A stretch of DNA of 34,505 nucleotides from a virus. Its lineage: Duplodnaviria > Caudoviricetes. How positions within the stretch are numbered: the stretch's first letter is position 1; every line of letters begins with the position of its first letter. Both the position numbers and the translations under genes were made by a program. Below, one piece after another: positions 26,361 through 34,505 of the stretch. The stretch is taken from positions 1-34,505 of the IMG/VR virus record IMGVR_UViG_3300030330_002979. The stretch is one strand, 5' to 3'. A model generated the notes under the pieces. That model was not told where the DNA came from. It searched no databases and was given only the letters and a program-made list of their open reading frames with translations.

Positions 26361-27407
26361 ATGGCTTTTTCAGACCCATTTGATGTAAATGTCCATTCAG
26401 GTGGTACTGGTGCAGTATCTCAGAATATTGCTGACCAGTTTATCCCTGAAGTTTGGGGGCAGGCTATATTGGAAGCCTTCCAACAAAAAATAATGATGAA
26501 GAATGTCGGAATTGACTTGTCACCCGAAGTGGCGAATCAAGGAGACAAGATTCATTTACCACACATTGGTGTACCAGCACTAAGTGCTTTTACACAAGGT
26601 AGTGAAATATCTGCTGATATTACAGGTAGTGCGACAAGTGATGAAACTGCTTTAACTATTTCTGAATACAATGTAGCTTCTGCTTATGTACCAGATATTG
26701 TTAAAGTTCAGTCTAACTATGACTTGATGGAAATTTATGCAAAACAGTTAGCATATGCTTGTGCTAGAGGTTTTGATAACTTCCTACATTATCAGGTAGC
26801 TAGCAACTTACAGTCACTGCTTGCTAGTGATACTGGTGCTGTTGGTGCTGACCCTGATAATTCACTCCATGTTCAAACTACTGGCTCAGTTCTTTCACAA
26901 GCTAACTTAACTTCATTAATGGGGTTAATTCTTGGTGAAACTGGTGACACAGAAGGTTGGAACTTGGTATTGTCTCCAGATATGTATGCAAGTTTAAACT
27001 CACTTACTAGCTATTCTCAAGGTACTCAAGCAACATTAGGTGCTGACTTTGGAAGAACTGGTAACGCTGGTGCTATTCTTGGTATGCCAGTTTGGATTGC
27101 TCAGTCTCCTTACATGGGTTCTGCTTCTGGCGGTGCTGATGTAAGTGCTGATGCTACTAAAGGTATCAAAGCAGTATCTGACCTTGAAAATTCAGGTACT
27201 GAAAACAATGATATTGTATATGGATATGCAATTCATGAATCTGCACTATACTTTGCTTTCTCTAAGGAAGCTAAGATGCAGGCTTCTTACAGACACTCTT
27301 ACTTATCTACACTCGTAACTTGCGAGTCTGTATATGGTGGTGCTATAAGAAATGCTGATGCAGATGGCGAAAGAAGAATATTCGCTTTAGTAGATTACGA
27401 GGCTTAA
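26361..27407 (+). CDS. Major capsid protein (HK97 fold)
   Basis: FIPEVWG, GDKIHLP, LAYACARGFD, GAILGMPVW, VYGG motifs; GAGGAG RBS. Confidence 0.9.
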   Translation: MAFSDPFDVNVHSGGTGAVSQNIADQFIPEVWGQAILEAFQQKIMMKNVGIDLSPEVANQGDKIHLPHIGVPALSAFTQGSEISADITGSATSDETALTISEYNVASAYVPDIVKVQSNYDLMEIYAKQLAYACARGFDNFLHYQVASNLQSLLASDTGAVGADPDNSLHVQTTGSVLSQANLTSLMGLILGETGDTEGWNLVLSPDMYASLNSLTSYSQGTQATLGADFGRTGNAGAILGMPVWIAQSPYMGSASGGADVSADATKGIKAVSDLENSGTENNDIVYGYAIHESALYFAFSKEAKMQASYRHSYLSTLVTCESVYGGAIRNADADGERRIFALVDYEA

Positions 27408-27422
27408 TCGTAGTCAATAAAT

Positions 27423-27493
27423 CTTGGGGGGAGTTAATTCTCCCCTCAAGCAAACCAAGATACCCATGAGATAGCCAAGCTCGGTAAGGTATC
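27423..27493 (+). other. Post-capsid hairpin plus small structured RNA candidate
   Basis: 11-bp hairpin 27423-27450 without U tract; GATACC/GGTATC stem enclosing a GAG/CTC stem. Confidence 0.45.
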
Positions 27494-27512
27494 ATAATAC
27501 AGGGGAAAAAAG

Positions 27513-27812
27513 ATGGCAGACTTACGCAAATACTCAGTAAATGAATCAAACAACATTGGACTAGGACAAGCTGGTTGTCTATTTGAAGATGGGACAGATG
27601 CTGTATCAGGTAAAAAGATAGTAGCTATACAATTCATTTCTGATTCAACTTTTACAACACTAACACCTGAAAATTCTTCATATGTAGGAACAGCAGGTGG
27701 AAACGGAGATGCAATAGACTCCTCCAACACATTTCCTGCTGGAGTAGTTATTTTTGGTAGATGGACTGCTTTTACATTAGCTAGTGGTTCAGTTATAGCT
27801 TACTTAGGATAA
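27513..27812 (+). CDS. Small beta-rich virion protein (decoration or fibre anchor)
   Basis: FPAGVVIFGRWTAFTLASGSVIAY; between capsid and fibre genes. Confidence 0.55.
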   Translation: MADLRKYSVNESNNIGLGQAGCLFEDGTDAVSGKKIVAIQFISDSTFTTLTPENSSYVGTAGGNGDAIDSSNTFPAGVVIFGRWTAFTLASGSVIAYLG

Positions 27813-27816
27813 GTCT

Positions 27817-30800
27817 ATGCTAGGCTTAGGCAACATCCTTACAAAAGGTGGGGCTGTACTAAAGTTCCCAAACAAATATTCCTTCAATTTCGATGGTTCT
27901 AATGATTATTTACAAATAGCTGATAATGATTCTTTATCATTTGGAGATAGTTCAAGTGATTCAGCTTTTAGTATATCTGCTTGGATTAATCCTGTTGATG
28001 CTACAAGATTTTCTATTGCATCAAAAGCTACAGGCTCTCAAGTAGAATGGAGATTTTACTGTGATGAAAATGATAAATTGCGGTTATTTTTAGGTGATGA
28101 CACTATAAGTGTTAATGAAAAAAGAGTTTCTACGGCATCAGTATCTCAAAATACTTGGACTCATGTAGCAGTTACTTATGATGGCTCTGGTGGTGCAAGT
28201 GCATCCTCTGGAATAAATTTATATATAAATGGTTCATTAGACAATGGAACTGCAAGTGGATTTGGTACTTATGTAGCAATGCACAATCATCCTATTCCTG
28301 TTAATATTGGCTTTGATGATTATGATGATAAATATGCAGATGGTAAGATTGATGAGGTTGCAGTTTGGGATACAGAACTTAGTGCCGATGATGTCGCAAA
28401 GATTGCCTCAAAGCCAGTTGATTTTTCTAAAGCATCAACTTACGCTACAGATAGAACTTCTAATCTAAAACTATGGTTCAGAGCAGGAGACAAAGCACTT
28501 CCTGAAGAAGATGCCTCAATCGCAAGACAGGACTTTTATACAGACTTTGATGGTACGGATGATTATGTAGATATTGGTGATATTGATGATTTTGATGGGG
28601 CAACTGAATTAACGATGATTGCTTGGATGAAAAGATTAGAATCGAATGATGCAGTAGTTTTTGAAAAAGCATCAAATAGTAATGATAGAGTTGGTATAAA
28701 TTTATGGACTGATGGTAAAGTATATGCTAATCTAGGAACAGGTTCGGGAGTGGCTTTTGGTGGTGTTGCATTAGCAGGTACAGATTGGCATCATATTGCT
28801 TTTGTTTATAATGGTAATAATGCTGACAATGCAACAAGAGCAAAAATTTATGTAGATGGAGCATTACAAACTCTTTCATTTACAGGTACGATACCTTCAT
28901 CAGCACCAACAAATACAACATCAGCAAAAATAGGTTTTGATGTAGCAAATTCAACTTATTCAACAGGGCAAGTTTCTTCAGCAAGTATTTACAAAACAGC
29001 ACTCGATGCTCAAACCATTTCACAGATGGCAAAGAGCAGATTCACCCCCATGAGAGACAATCGCTTTTCTGTAGTGGATTTTGATGGTAGTAATGATTAT
29101 ATACAAGCAGGAAATTTATTTAGTGGTGGAGGTTCTACTGCAACTTTTTCTATATGGGTATTTGCAGATGAAAGTGGTGGTGGTGTTGATAGAATTGTAG
29201 GACAAACTAATTCATCCTCAAATATGCCAGACCCTTTTGAAGTTCAATGGAATCATAGTGATAACACCATAAGAGCATGGATTGCTGATGGAACAGCAAG
29301 TAATTATAAATTTATAAATTCAAACGCAACAACTGCAAATGAGTGGCATCATGTTGTAGTTACTTTTGATTTATCAACTGCAACTATAAAAATTTATATA
29401 GATGGAGTAGATGAAACAGGAAGTGGTGCGAGTCTCGGTAGTCCTCCAACATCAATAGCCTCAACTTCATCACCTTTAAAGATGGGTGAAAGTTCAGGAG
29501 GTGATAGATTTAAAGGCTCTATGTCATCTGTAGCAATTTATGATACAGTTAAAGATGCTTACGCTTTATATCAAAAAGGCATTACATATAATGAGTCATC
29601 CGAAACATCGCTTATTGCATACTACAGGATGGGAGATGACACAAGTAAGGCATTTCCTACCATAGCAGATTCAAGCTCTAACTCAAACGATGGCACGATG
29701 ACTAATATGGCATCAGATGACATAGTACAGCAAATGTCGGCAGGATATGATTTAGGTGCATTTCAGAGTAGTTCAGAAGAATTAAGTGCTGAAAGGATTA
29801 CTAATGGAGATTTTTCTGCATGGACAGCAGATAATCCAGATGGATGGTCAGTATCTACTGATTTAAGTGGTGGTTTAGAATCTGATGATGTCAAAGTTAC
29901 TGAAGATGCAAACGGTGCAAGAATTATATCTGATGGTACAAATATAAATTTAAGACAAAATTCAGCAATGATAGTAGGCACTATGTATAAAGTTGTTATT
30001 GTTGTGCATAGTGCAACTTCTGGAAATATTAAAACCGATGGATTAACTTCAAATATTACCAATATAAATGCATCTGGAACTTATACTGTTACTACTACTG
30101 CATCATCTACAACACTTAATATCAAAAGAAATACTGCTTGTGATATTGTTATATCAAGTGTATCAGTAAAAGAAGTCCTACAATCAGAAGTATCAGACAC
30201 TTACCCTGCCATCATAGATGTAAATGAGCCTGTTCTTGGAGTTGATTTATCACCAGATTCAGATTTTACTTTATCTGGAACACAAGGAGCTTCTACTGCA
30301 GGAACTTATTGGACAACAGGAGTTAATACAACGATTGCTGATGGAAAAGTTACTAAAACAGGTGGTGGTTCTGCCACATTATTTACCACAAATGAAATAG
30401 TAACTCAAGGAAAATTATATCAAGCTACAATAGTAATTGATGAAATAGATGAAAATACAGTAAATGTAATTTTTTCTGGAACAGGTTCAAGTAAAAGAGT
30501 TGGTGGTGTAGGAACTCATAAAGTTAATGGTATAGTAAATGATACAAATGAAAGAGTTTTTCTTGGTCTTGATTACCATTTAGATTGTGTTATTAGTTCT
30601 TTTTCAATTAAGCAAATACAAGGCAATGTCGGCACAATGACAAATCAAGACTCTGCTGATTTAGTCTACTCCTCAGTTCTACCAGACCAATCCTTTCTCA
30701 CAGGAGTAAACTCTGCGTATAACTTTATAGACTTGGATGGAAGTAATGAATATATTGATACAGGTAATCCATTTGAATCATTATTCAAAGAAAGCTTTAC

Positions 30801-31509
30801 TCTTTCTGCTTGGATTAAAATAGATGATGGGCAACCTTCTGCAATAAATAGTATTATAAATACAAGAAATGGATTTGCAGGTTATATATATTTTCAAGTT
30901 GAAACAAATGGAAAAATTAAATTTGTTCATGGTGCAAATTTAGAAAAAGAATTAAGTATCACTACTGATAATGTAATATTTTCTGATGGAGCAAGTGATT
31001 GGACTCATGTGGCAGGTGTCTTTAGTAAATCAAGTAATACAAGTGGCTCAGTAACAATATATGTAAATGGACAAAGTGCAGGTTCAAGTAGTTCACCTGC
31101 AAGTAGTTGGAACACAGATAATTATAGTAATAGTGCATATAATGTAGTTATAGGAGCAAGAAATAGTTTAGGCAGTATTGATAGATTTTTTAGTGGTGAT
31201 ATAGGTCAAACAGCTTTTTATAACAAAGAACTCTCATCTACAGAAGTATCAGCAATCTACACTTTAGGTAGACATGGCAATTTACTTGATAGCTACTCAG
31301 ATAACTTAAAAGGTTATTGGGCAATGGGTGCTTTAGATGCTAAAACAGGATTAAGTGATGTAGGTAATGGTACTATCTACGATAGAAGTGGAAACTCAAA
31401 TCATGGTACTGCTACCAATACAGAATCAGCAGATTTAAAAAGCTCACCAAACGCAGAGCCTAATGGCTATGCAAAAGGTGATACTAATCGTTCAACAACA
31501 ACACCTTAG
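27817..31509 (+). CDS. Multi-LamG glycan-binding fibre protein, 1230 aa
   Basis: Four [FL]DGxxxY...W.HV/I...Y.[ND]G LamG modules plus two other beta-sandwich segments. Confidence 0.85.
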   Translation: MLGLGNILTKGGAVLKFPNKYSFNFDGSNDYLQIADNDSLSFGDSSSDSAFSISAWINPVDATRFSIASKATGSQVEWRFYCDENDKLRLFLGDDTISVNEKRVSTASVSQNTWTHVAVTYDGSGGASASSGINLYINGSLDNGTASGFGTYVAMHNHPIPVNIGFDDYDDKYADGKIDEVAVWDTELSADDVAKIASKPVDFSKASTYATDRTSNLKLWFRAGDKALPEEDASIARQDFYTDFDGTDDYVDIGDIDDFDGATELTMIAWMKRLESNDAVVFEKASNSNDRVGINLWTDGKVYANLGTGSGVAFGGVALAGTDWHHIAFVYNGNNADNATRAKIYVDGALQTLSFTGTIPSSAPTNTTSAKIGFDVANSTYSTGQVSSASIYKTALDAQTISQMAKSRFTPMRDNRFSVVDFDGSNDYIQAGNLFSGGGSTATFSIWVFADESGGGVDRIVGQTNSSSNMPDPFEVQWNHSDNTIRAWIADGTASNYKFINSNATTANEWHHVVVTFDLSTATIKIYIDGVDETGSGASLGSPPTSIASTSSPLKMGESSGGDRFKGSMSSVAIYDTVKDAYALYQKGITYNESSETSLIAYYRMGDDTSKAFPTIADSSSNSNDGTMTNMASDDIVQQMSAGYDLGAFQSSSEELSAERITNGDFSAWTADNPDGWSVSTDLSGGLESDDVKVTEDANGARIISDGTNINLRQNSAMIVGTMYKVVIVVHSATSGNIKTDGLTSNITNINASGTYTVTTTASSTTLNIKRNTACDIVISSVSVKEVLQSEVSDTYPAIIDVNEPVLGVDLSPDSDFTLSGTQGASTAGTYWTTGVNTTIADGKVTKTGGGSATLFTTNEIVTQGKLYQATIVIDEIDENTVNVIFSGTGSSKRVGGVGTHKVNGIVNDTNERVFLGLDYHLDCVISSFSIKQIQGNVGTMTNQDSADLVYSSVLPDQSFLTGVNSAYNFIDLDGSNEYIDTGNPFESLFKESFTLSAWIKIDDGQPSAINSIINTRNGFAGYIYFQVETNGKIKFVHGANLEKELSITTDNVIFSDGASDWTHVAGVFSKSSNTSGSVTIYVNGQSAGSSSSPASSWNTDNYSNSAYNVVIGARNSLGSIDRFFSGDIGQTAFYNKELSSTEVSAIYTLGRHGNLLDSYSDNLKGYWAMGALDAKTGLSDVGNGTIYDRSGNSNHGTATNTESADLKSSPNAEPNGYAKGDTNRSTTTP

Positions 31510-31518
31510 AGGAAAATT

Positions 31519-31941
31519 ATGAGTGAAGAAAACAGATGGTCAGATGACTATAGTGGTAGGTGGGTAAGCAGGGCATATATGATTGTTCCTGTAGCTGATA
31601 TTGATTCAGCAGATGCACCTACAGACTCAAATACAATCGCACAGATAAAAGCATGGATGGATAGCTATGGCTATGAATATACCTCAGATATGAGCAAATC
31701 AGAGCTATTAGAAGCTATTCCTGTATCTAATGCTTTTATAGCTAATGCAATACAATCAAGCAAAGAAACACTTAGAAAAAACAATGGAGATGAGGGAGAT
31801 AGTTCAAAAGCATTACTAAAGTTTGCTTGTGATAATGATGCAGACAATGACCCAAGTGTATTTGATAGTTATGATAAATATTCACATCCACAGATAATGG
31901 ATATATTATCTGGTGATGAATGGAGTTCATCTATTGAGTAA
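31519..31941 (+). CDS. Acidic fibre-associated protein with HeH/LEM-like insert
   Basis: TIAQIKAWMDSYGYEYTSDMSKSELL helix-extension-helix pattern; GAGGA RBS. Confidence 0.55.
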   Translation: MSEENRWSDDYSGRWVSRAYMIVPVADIDSADAPTDSNTIAQIKAWMDSYGYEYTSDMSKSELLEAIPVSNAFIANAIQSSKETLRKNNGDEGDSSKALLKFACDNDADNDPSVFDSYDKYSHPQIMDILSGDEWSSSIE

Positions 31942-32425
31942 CAAAGGTAACAGTCTTGCTGAGTTCGCAGTTACTATGGCTATCATGGCTACTTTGGCAA
32001 CTACCTCTGCTCCTGCTTTTAGTCGTATCGGTGAGGGAGCTAAAGCTAAACAAACTAAGGCTAATCTGGAGAAAATAGTTAAAGCATCTTCAATGTGGTA
32101 CAATCAACAGGTAGAAATAAATGGCATGGGAAAATTCCCTTCACAGCCTCATAGAACTGTAGACATAGGTGAGGTCAATGATTACAATAATAATCGCAGA
32201 ATAGAGGTAAATGAGGTGTTAGAAGGTACTTATGTGCCTGTATTTAGTGATACTAACTTTCTGCATTTATTTGATAATGACACAATTAAAAGTCCTTATC
32301 AAAATGGTTTGTATGCATATGCAATATTAGGTGGTAGTGGTACAGGCAATGATATTGTTAGCCCTATATTCGTAGTAATAGATGCAGAGAACCCAGAAGA
32401 TTTTTACAAGTACTATAAACCTTGA
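31934..32425 (+). CDS. Type IV pilin / pseudopilin-like protein
   Basis: MSNKG|NSLAEFAVTMAIMATLATTSAPAF: short basic leader, G-1, E+5, hydrophobic helix, P+22; probable TTG start 8 nt after GGAG (track start 31913). Confidence 0.8.
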   Translation: MSNKGNSLAEFAVTMAIMATLATTSAPAFSRIGEGAKAKQTKANLEKIVKASSMWYNQQVEINGMGKFPSQPHRTVDIGEVNDYNNNRRIEVNEVLEGTYVPVFSDTNFLHLFDNDTIKSPYQNGLYAYAILGGSGTGNDIVSPIFVVIDAENPEDFYKYYKP

Positions 32426-32431
32426 GGAGTT

Positions 32432-32728
32432 ATGAGTGAGGCAAAAACCGCTAGGTCGTACAGGGGGACAATCTTGGATGATAATGCCATTATTAGTATT
32501 AACCTTCGTTGGTTATTTCAAGTGCTTGTACTTGTCGGTGGACTTGTTTATTCGTACATACAAATTGTACAACGAGTTACAGACCTTGAAAGAGAGTTTG
32601 GAGCAATTAATGATAGAGTTGTTGCACTTGAATCTAAACATGATGCTGAGATGAAAGAGATTGAAGCATGGTACAAAAAATCATTAGATATAAACCCTTT
32701 AAACATTTTTGGAAAGAAACAAAAATAG
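32432..32728 (+). CDS. Single-TM coiled-coil protein (lysis cassette)
   Basis: WLFQVLVLVGGLVYSY then heptads; GAGGAG RBS. Confidence 0.7.
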   Translation: MSEAKTARSYRGTILDDNAIISINLRWLFQVLVLVGGLVYSYIQIVQRVTDLEREFGAINDRVVALESKHDAEMKEIEAWYKKSLDINPLNIFGKKQK

Positions 32729-32793
32729 AATTAGAAGAAAATGACCTTAGTCATAATTACTTTATTAACAGAGAATTGCGGAGAAAGATATAA
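32668..32793 (+). CDS. Possible overlapping 41-aa ORF
   Basis: MVQKIIRYKPFKHFWKETKIELEENDLSHNYFINRELRRKI*; fills the gap and ends in TAATG overlap; weak RBS. Confidence 0.35.
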   Translation: MVQKIIRYKPFKHFWKETKIELEENDLSHNYFINRELRRKI

Positions 32794-33110
32794 TGGATTT
32801 CCTAGCTATATATTCAGAAGCTGGTATGATTGGTGCTGTAGGAGCTATGTTTATGTTCATGGTTTATTCAATGAACAAAAGAGGAAACGAACAAGCAGAA
32901 TCACTACAGGACTTAAAAGTAGAAAACAAAGGACAGAGTGAAAACTTAGAAAATATTGAGGGAATGGTAATTAAACTTATTAATAGGTGGAATCAATCAG
33001 ATGATAAACTTGATAGAAAGTTTGATGCAATAACAAAAGAAATAAACGACCTAGATAATCAAGTATCTGAAATTAAAGGTTCATTAAGTAGAGTAAATGG
33101 AAAACACTAA
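32793..33110 (+). CDS. Holin-like single-TM coiled-coil protein
   Basis: GMIGAVGAMFMFMVY TM followed by long coiled coil; GGAG RBS. Confidence 0.65.
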   Translation: MDFLAIYSEAGMIGAVGAMFMFMVYSMNKRGNEQAESLQDLKVENKGQSENLENIEGMVIKLINRWNQSDDKLDRKFDAITKEINDLDNQVSEIKGSLSRVNGKH

Positions 33111-33381
33111 AGCAATATCAGACAGTAGTTCAATGACAATAAGTCTGCCTATGATTATACAGGCAGTTACATTTGTTGTTATGTTAGTATGGGGTTATAG
33201 CCAACTAAATGCTAGAATATCCTTTTTAGAATATCAAGTAGCTATGAATGAAGAACATATAACTAATATAGAAGAAGATGCTGAAGCTAATCAAGATGCT
33301 GAAATACCTGCTGATATTAAACAAAATGAAAGAATTAAAGTATTAGAACAAGAAGTAAATAGGCTTAGAGATAATGGATAG
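33097..33381 (+). CDS. Single-TM coiled-coil protein, similar in layout to 32432-32728
   Basis: TISLPMIIQAVTFVVMLVWGYSQLNARI vs SINLRWLFQVLVLVGGLVYSYIQIVQRV. Confidence 0.7.
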   Translation: MENTKAISDSSSMTISLPMIIQAVTFVVMLVWGYSQLNARISFLEYQVAMNEEHITNIEEDAEANQDAEIPADIKQNERIKVLEQEVNRLRDNG

Positions 33382-33514
33382 TTTGAAAGTATCATCGGCA
33401 AGTTTAATGAATTTTGGCTTGTCCTTAACTGAAGTAAGTCTTATATTACAATGCATTGTTGCAATACTAACAATAGTGTATTTAATATTTAAAATAAATA
33501 ATGTAAGGAAATAA
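33374..33514 (+). CDS. 46-aa holin-like membrane peptide
   Basis: Not in ORF track. MDSLKVSSASLMNFGLSLTEVSLILQCIVAILTIVYLIFKINNVRK*. Confidence 0.7.
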   Translation: MDSLKVSSASLMNFGLSLTEVSLILQCIVAILTIVYLIFKINNVRK

Positions 33515-33516
33515 TC

Positions 33517-33744
33517 ATGGATTTTAAGAAAATAATGTTAGCAGTAGCTGAATCTCAAGCAGACCAATTTAAAGATAAAGCAGTTGCTTGGGTGCAGTCT
33601 GAAGAGTTTCAGGATGAGCTTGCTAGTAAGATAAATGATAAGATTGATATACCTTTTGTATCTGAAGAAAAAGAACAAATCTTCTTTGAAAAGTGTGTTG
33701 ATTTAGTAGCTGATATAGTAGAAGGATTATTTAGGGGTAAGTAA
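33517..33744 (+). CDS. Acidic hypothetical protein
   Basis: INDKIDIPFVSEEKE; AAGGA RBS. Confidence 0.75.
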   Translation: MDFKKIMLAVAESQADQFKDKAVAWVQSEEFQDELASKINDKIDIPFVSEEKEQIFFEKCVDLVADIVEGLFRGK

Positions 33745-34037
33745 TGCCTAGAAGAAAGCGTGACCCTAGACTAGCTAGATATGGGCTTAGTGGGTATAAT
33801 AAACCCAAAAAAACGCCAAGCCATCCTACTAAGTCCCATGTAGTACTAGCTAAGTCAGGTGGAAGAATAAAACTAATTAGATTTGGTCAGCAAGGTGCTA
33901 AAACTGCTGGTAAACCTAAGAGGGGTGAGTCAGCTAGAATGAAAGCAAAGCGTAGGTCATTTAAAGCAAGGCATCGTAGAAACATTGCCAGAGGTAAAAT
34001 GTCAGGTGCTTATTGGGCAAATAAGGTAAAGTGGTAA
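33744..34037 (+). CDS. Very basic protein 1
   Basis: KSHVVLAK...IRFGQQG...SFKARH...SGAYWANKVKW; TAATG coupling. Confidence 0.85.
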   Translation: MPRRKRDPRLARYGLSGYNKPKKTPSHPTKSHVVLAKSGGRIKLIRFGQQGAKTAGKPKRGESARMKAKRRSFKARHRRNIARGKMSGAYWANKVKW

Positions 34038-34225
34038 TGGCTAGAAAACGAAGAAAAAAATCTACAGTAAATAAAGCAGGTAATTATACAAAACCAGCTA
34101 TGCGTAAAAGATTGTTTTATCGTATTAAAGCTGGTAGTAAAGGTGGTAGAGCTGGACAATGGAGTGCAAGAAAAGCACAAATGCTTGCTAGGGCATATAA
34201 AAAAGCTGGTGGAGGATACAGATAG
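34037..34225 (+). CDS. Very basic protein 2 (N-terminal half of DUF5872-like family)
   Basis: NYTKPAMRKR...GSKGGRAGQWSARKAQMLARAYKKAGGGY; start at TAATG overlap. Confidence 0.8.
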   Translation: MARKRRKKSTVNKAGNYTKPAMRKRLFYRIKAGSKGGRAGQWSARKAQMLARAYKKAGGGYR

Positions 34226-34470
34226 TGGCACTTAAACCTAGTCAAAGAAGTCTAAAAAAATGGACTAAACAGAAGTGGGGGTATGTGACTAAAGGTGATT
34301 CAAAGAAACCTCGCTCTAAAAGAGGTAGGTACTTACCTAAAGCAGTTAGAGCATCTTTAACTAAATCACAAAAAGCATATACCAACAGACAAAAAAGAAA
34401 AGCAAACAGAAGAGGCAAGCAAAGAGCTAAATATAGCAGAAGTGTAGCCAGAAAAGTAAGGAGAGCGTAA
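34225..34470 (+). CDS. Very basic protein 3 (C-terminal half of DUF5872-like family)
   Basis: SQRSLKKWTKQKW...RYLPKA...KRKANRRGKQ; TAGTG coupling. Confidence 0.8.
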   Translation: MALKPSQRSLKKWTKQKWGYVTKGDSKKPRSKRGRYLPKAVRASLTKSQKAYTNRQKRKANRRGKQRAKYSRSVARKVRRA

Positions 34471-34505
34471 TGCCAAAGGGTGTAGGAACATATGGGTCTA
34501 AGCGT
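34288..34505. repeat. Right copy of terminal direct repeat
   Basis: Matches 1-218 at 212/218. Confidence 0.97.

Noticed and set aside
27450-27495. c-di-GMP-I riboswitch (GCAAACC) or HDV-like ribozyme
   Set aside because: Only a short word matches; the required stems and conserved loops are missing
12125-30062. Other opposite-strand or alternate-frame ORFs (12125, 16085, 19168, 19459, 22011, 24336, 25333, 25947, 26198, 27343, 27446, 28478, 29763)
   Set aside because: Overlap stronger genes and lack translation signals or motifs
27817-31509. Diversity-generating retroelement target
   Set aside because: No reverse transcriptase and no template/variable repeat pair with adenine-specific differences was seen
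32436-32941. Out-of-frame ORFs 32436-32654 and 32741-32941 as Rz1-like outer spanins
   Set aside because: Cys contexts (YFKC, TENC) are not lipoboxes and the signal regions are poor
1-34505. Stop-codon reassignment or prophage/host flanks
   Set aside because: Genes are full length in the standard code with TAA, TAG and TGA all used as stops; ends are redundant and no integrase or host housekeeping genes are present

Overview
Apparently complete ~34.3 kb tailed dsDNA phage genome (siphovirus-like, AT-rich). Bases 1-218 repeat at 34288-34505 with 6 mismatches, so the unit length is about 34,287 bp. Modules: (+) endolysin, neck, tail tube, frameshifted tail chaperones, tape measure and tail tip (1-9.9 kb). 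(-) Recombination/replication and early genes: NinB-like, NinG-like, SSB-like, metallophosphoesterase, T7 gp4-type primase-helicase, lambda-O-like initiator, HExxH protease, GP88-like Fe-S protein (9.9-21.0 kb). A promoter- and palindrome-rich non-coding region (21.0-21.7 kb). A TerS-like gene on + facing an inverted TerL-portal-neck block on -. Then (+) scaffold, major capsid, a 1230-aa multi-LamG fibre, a type IV pilin-like gene, several membrane/holin-like genes and four coupled, very basic small proteins. I saw no integrase, repressor, DNA polymerase, tRNA or CRISPR array. Best leads: the phage-encoded pilin with an atypical G|NSLAE cleavage site; repeated Fur-box-like palindromes flanking the early region; a shared non-sigma70 late-promoter motif; a strand-biased GCGG motif concentrated in the early region; several structured RNA candidates, including an anti-SD hairpin/pseudoknot over the initiator RBS; and apparent absence of GATC. 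All family assignments come from motif recognition by eye; no searches were run.
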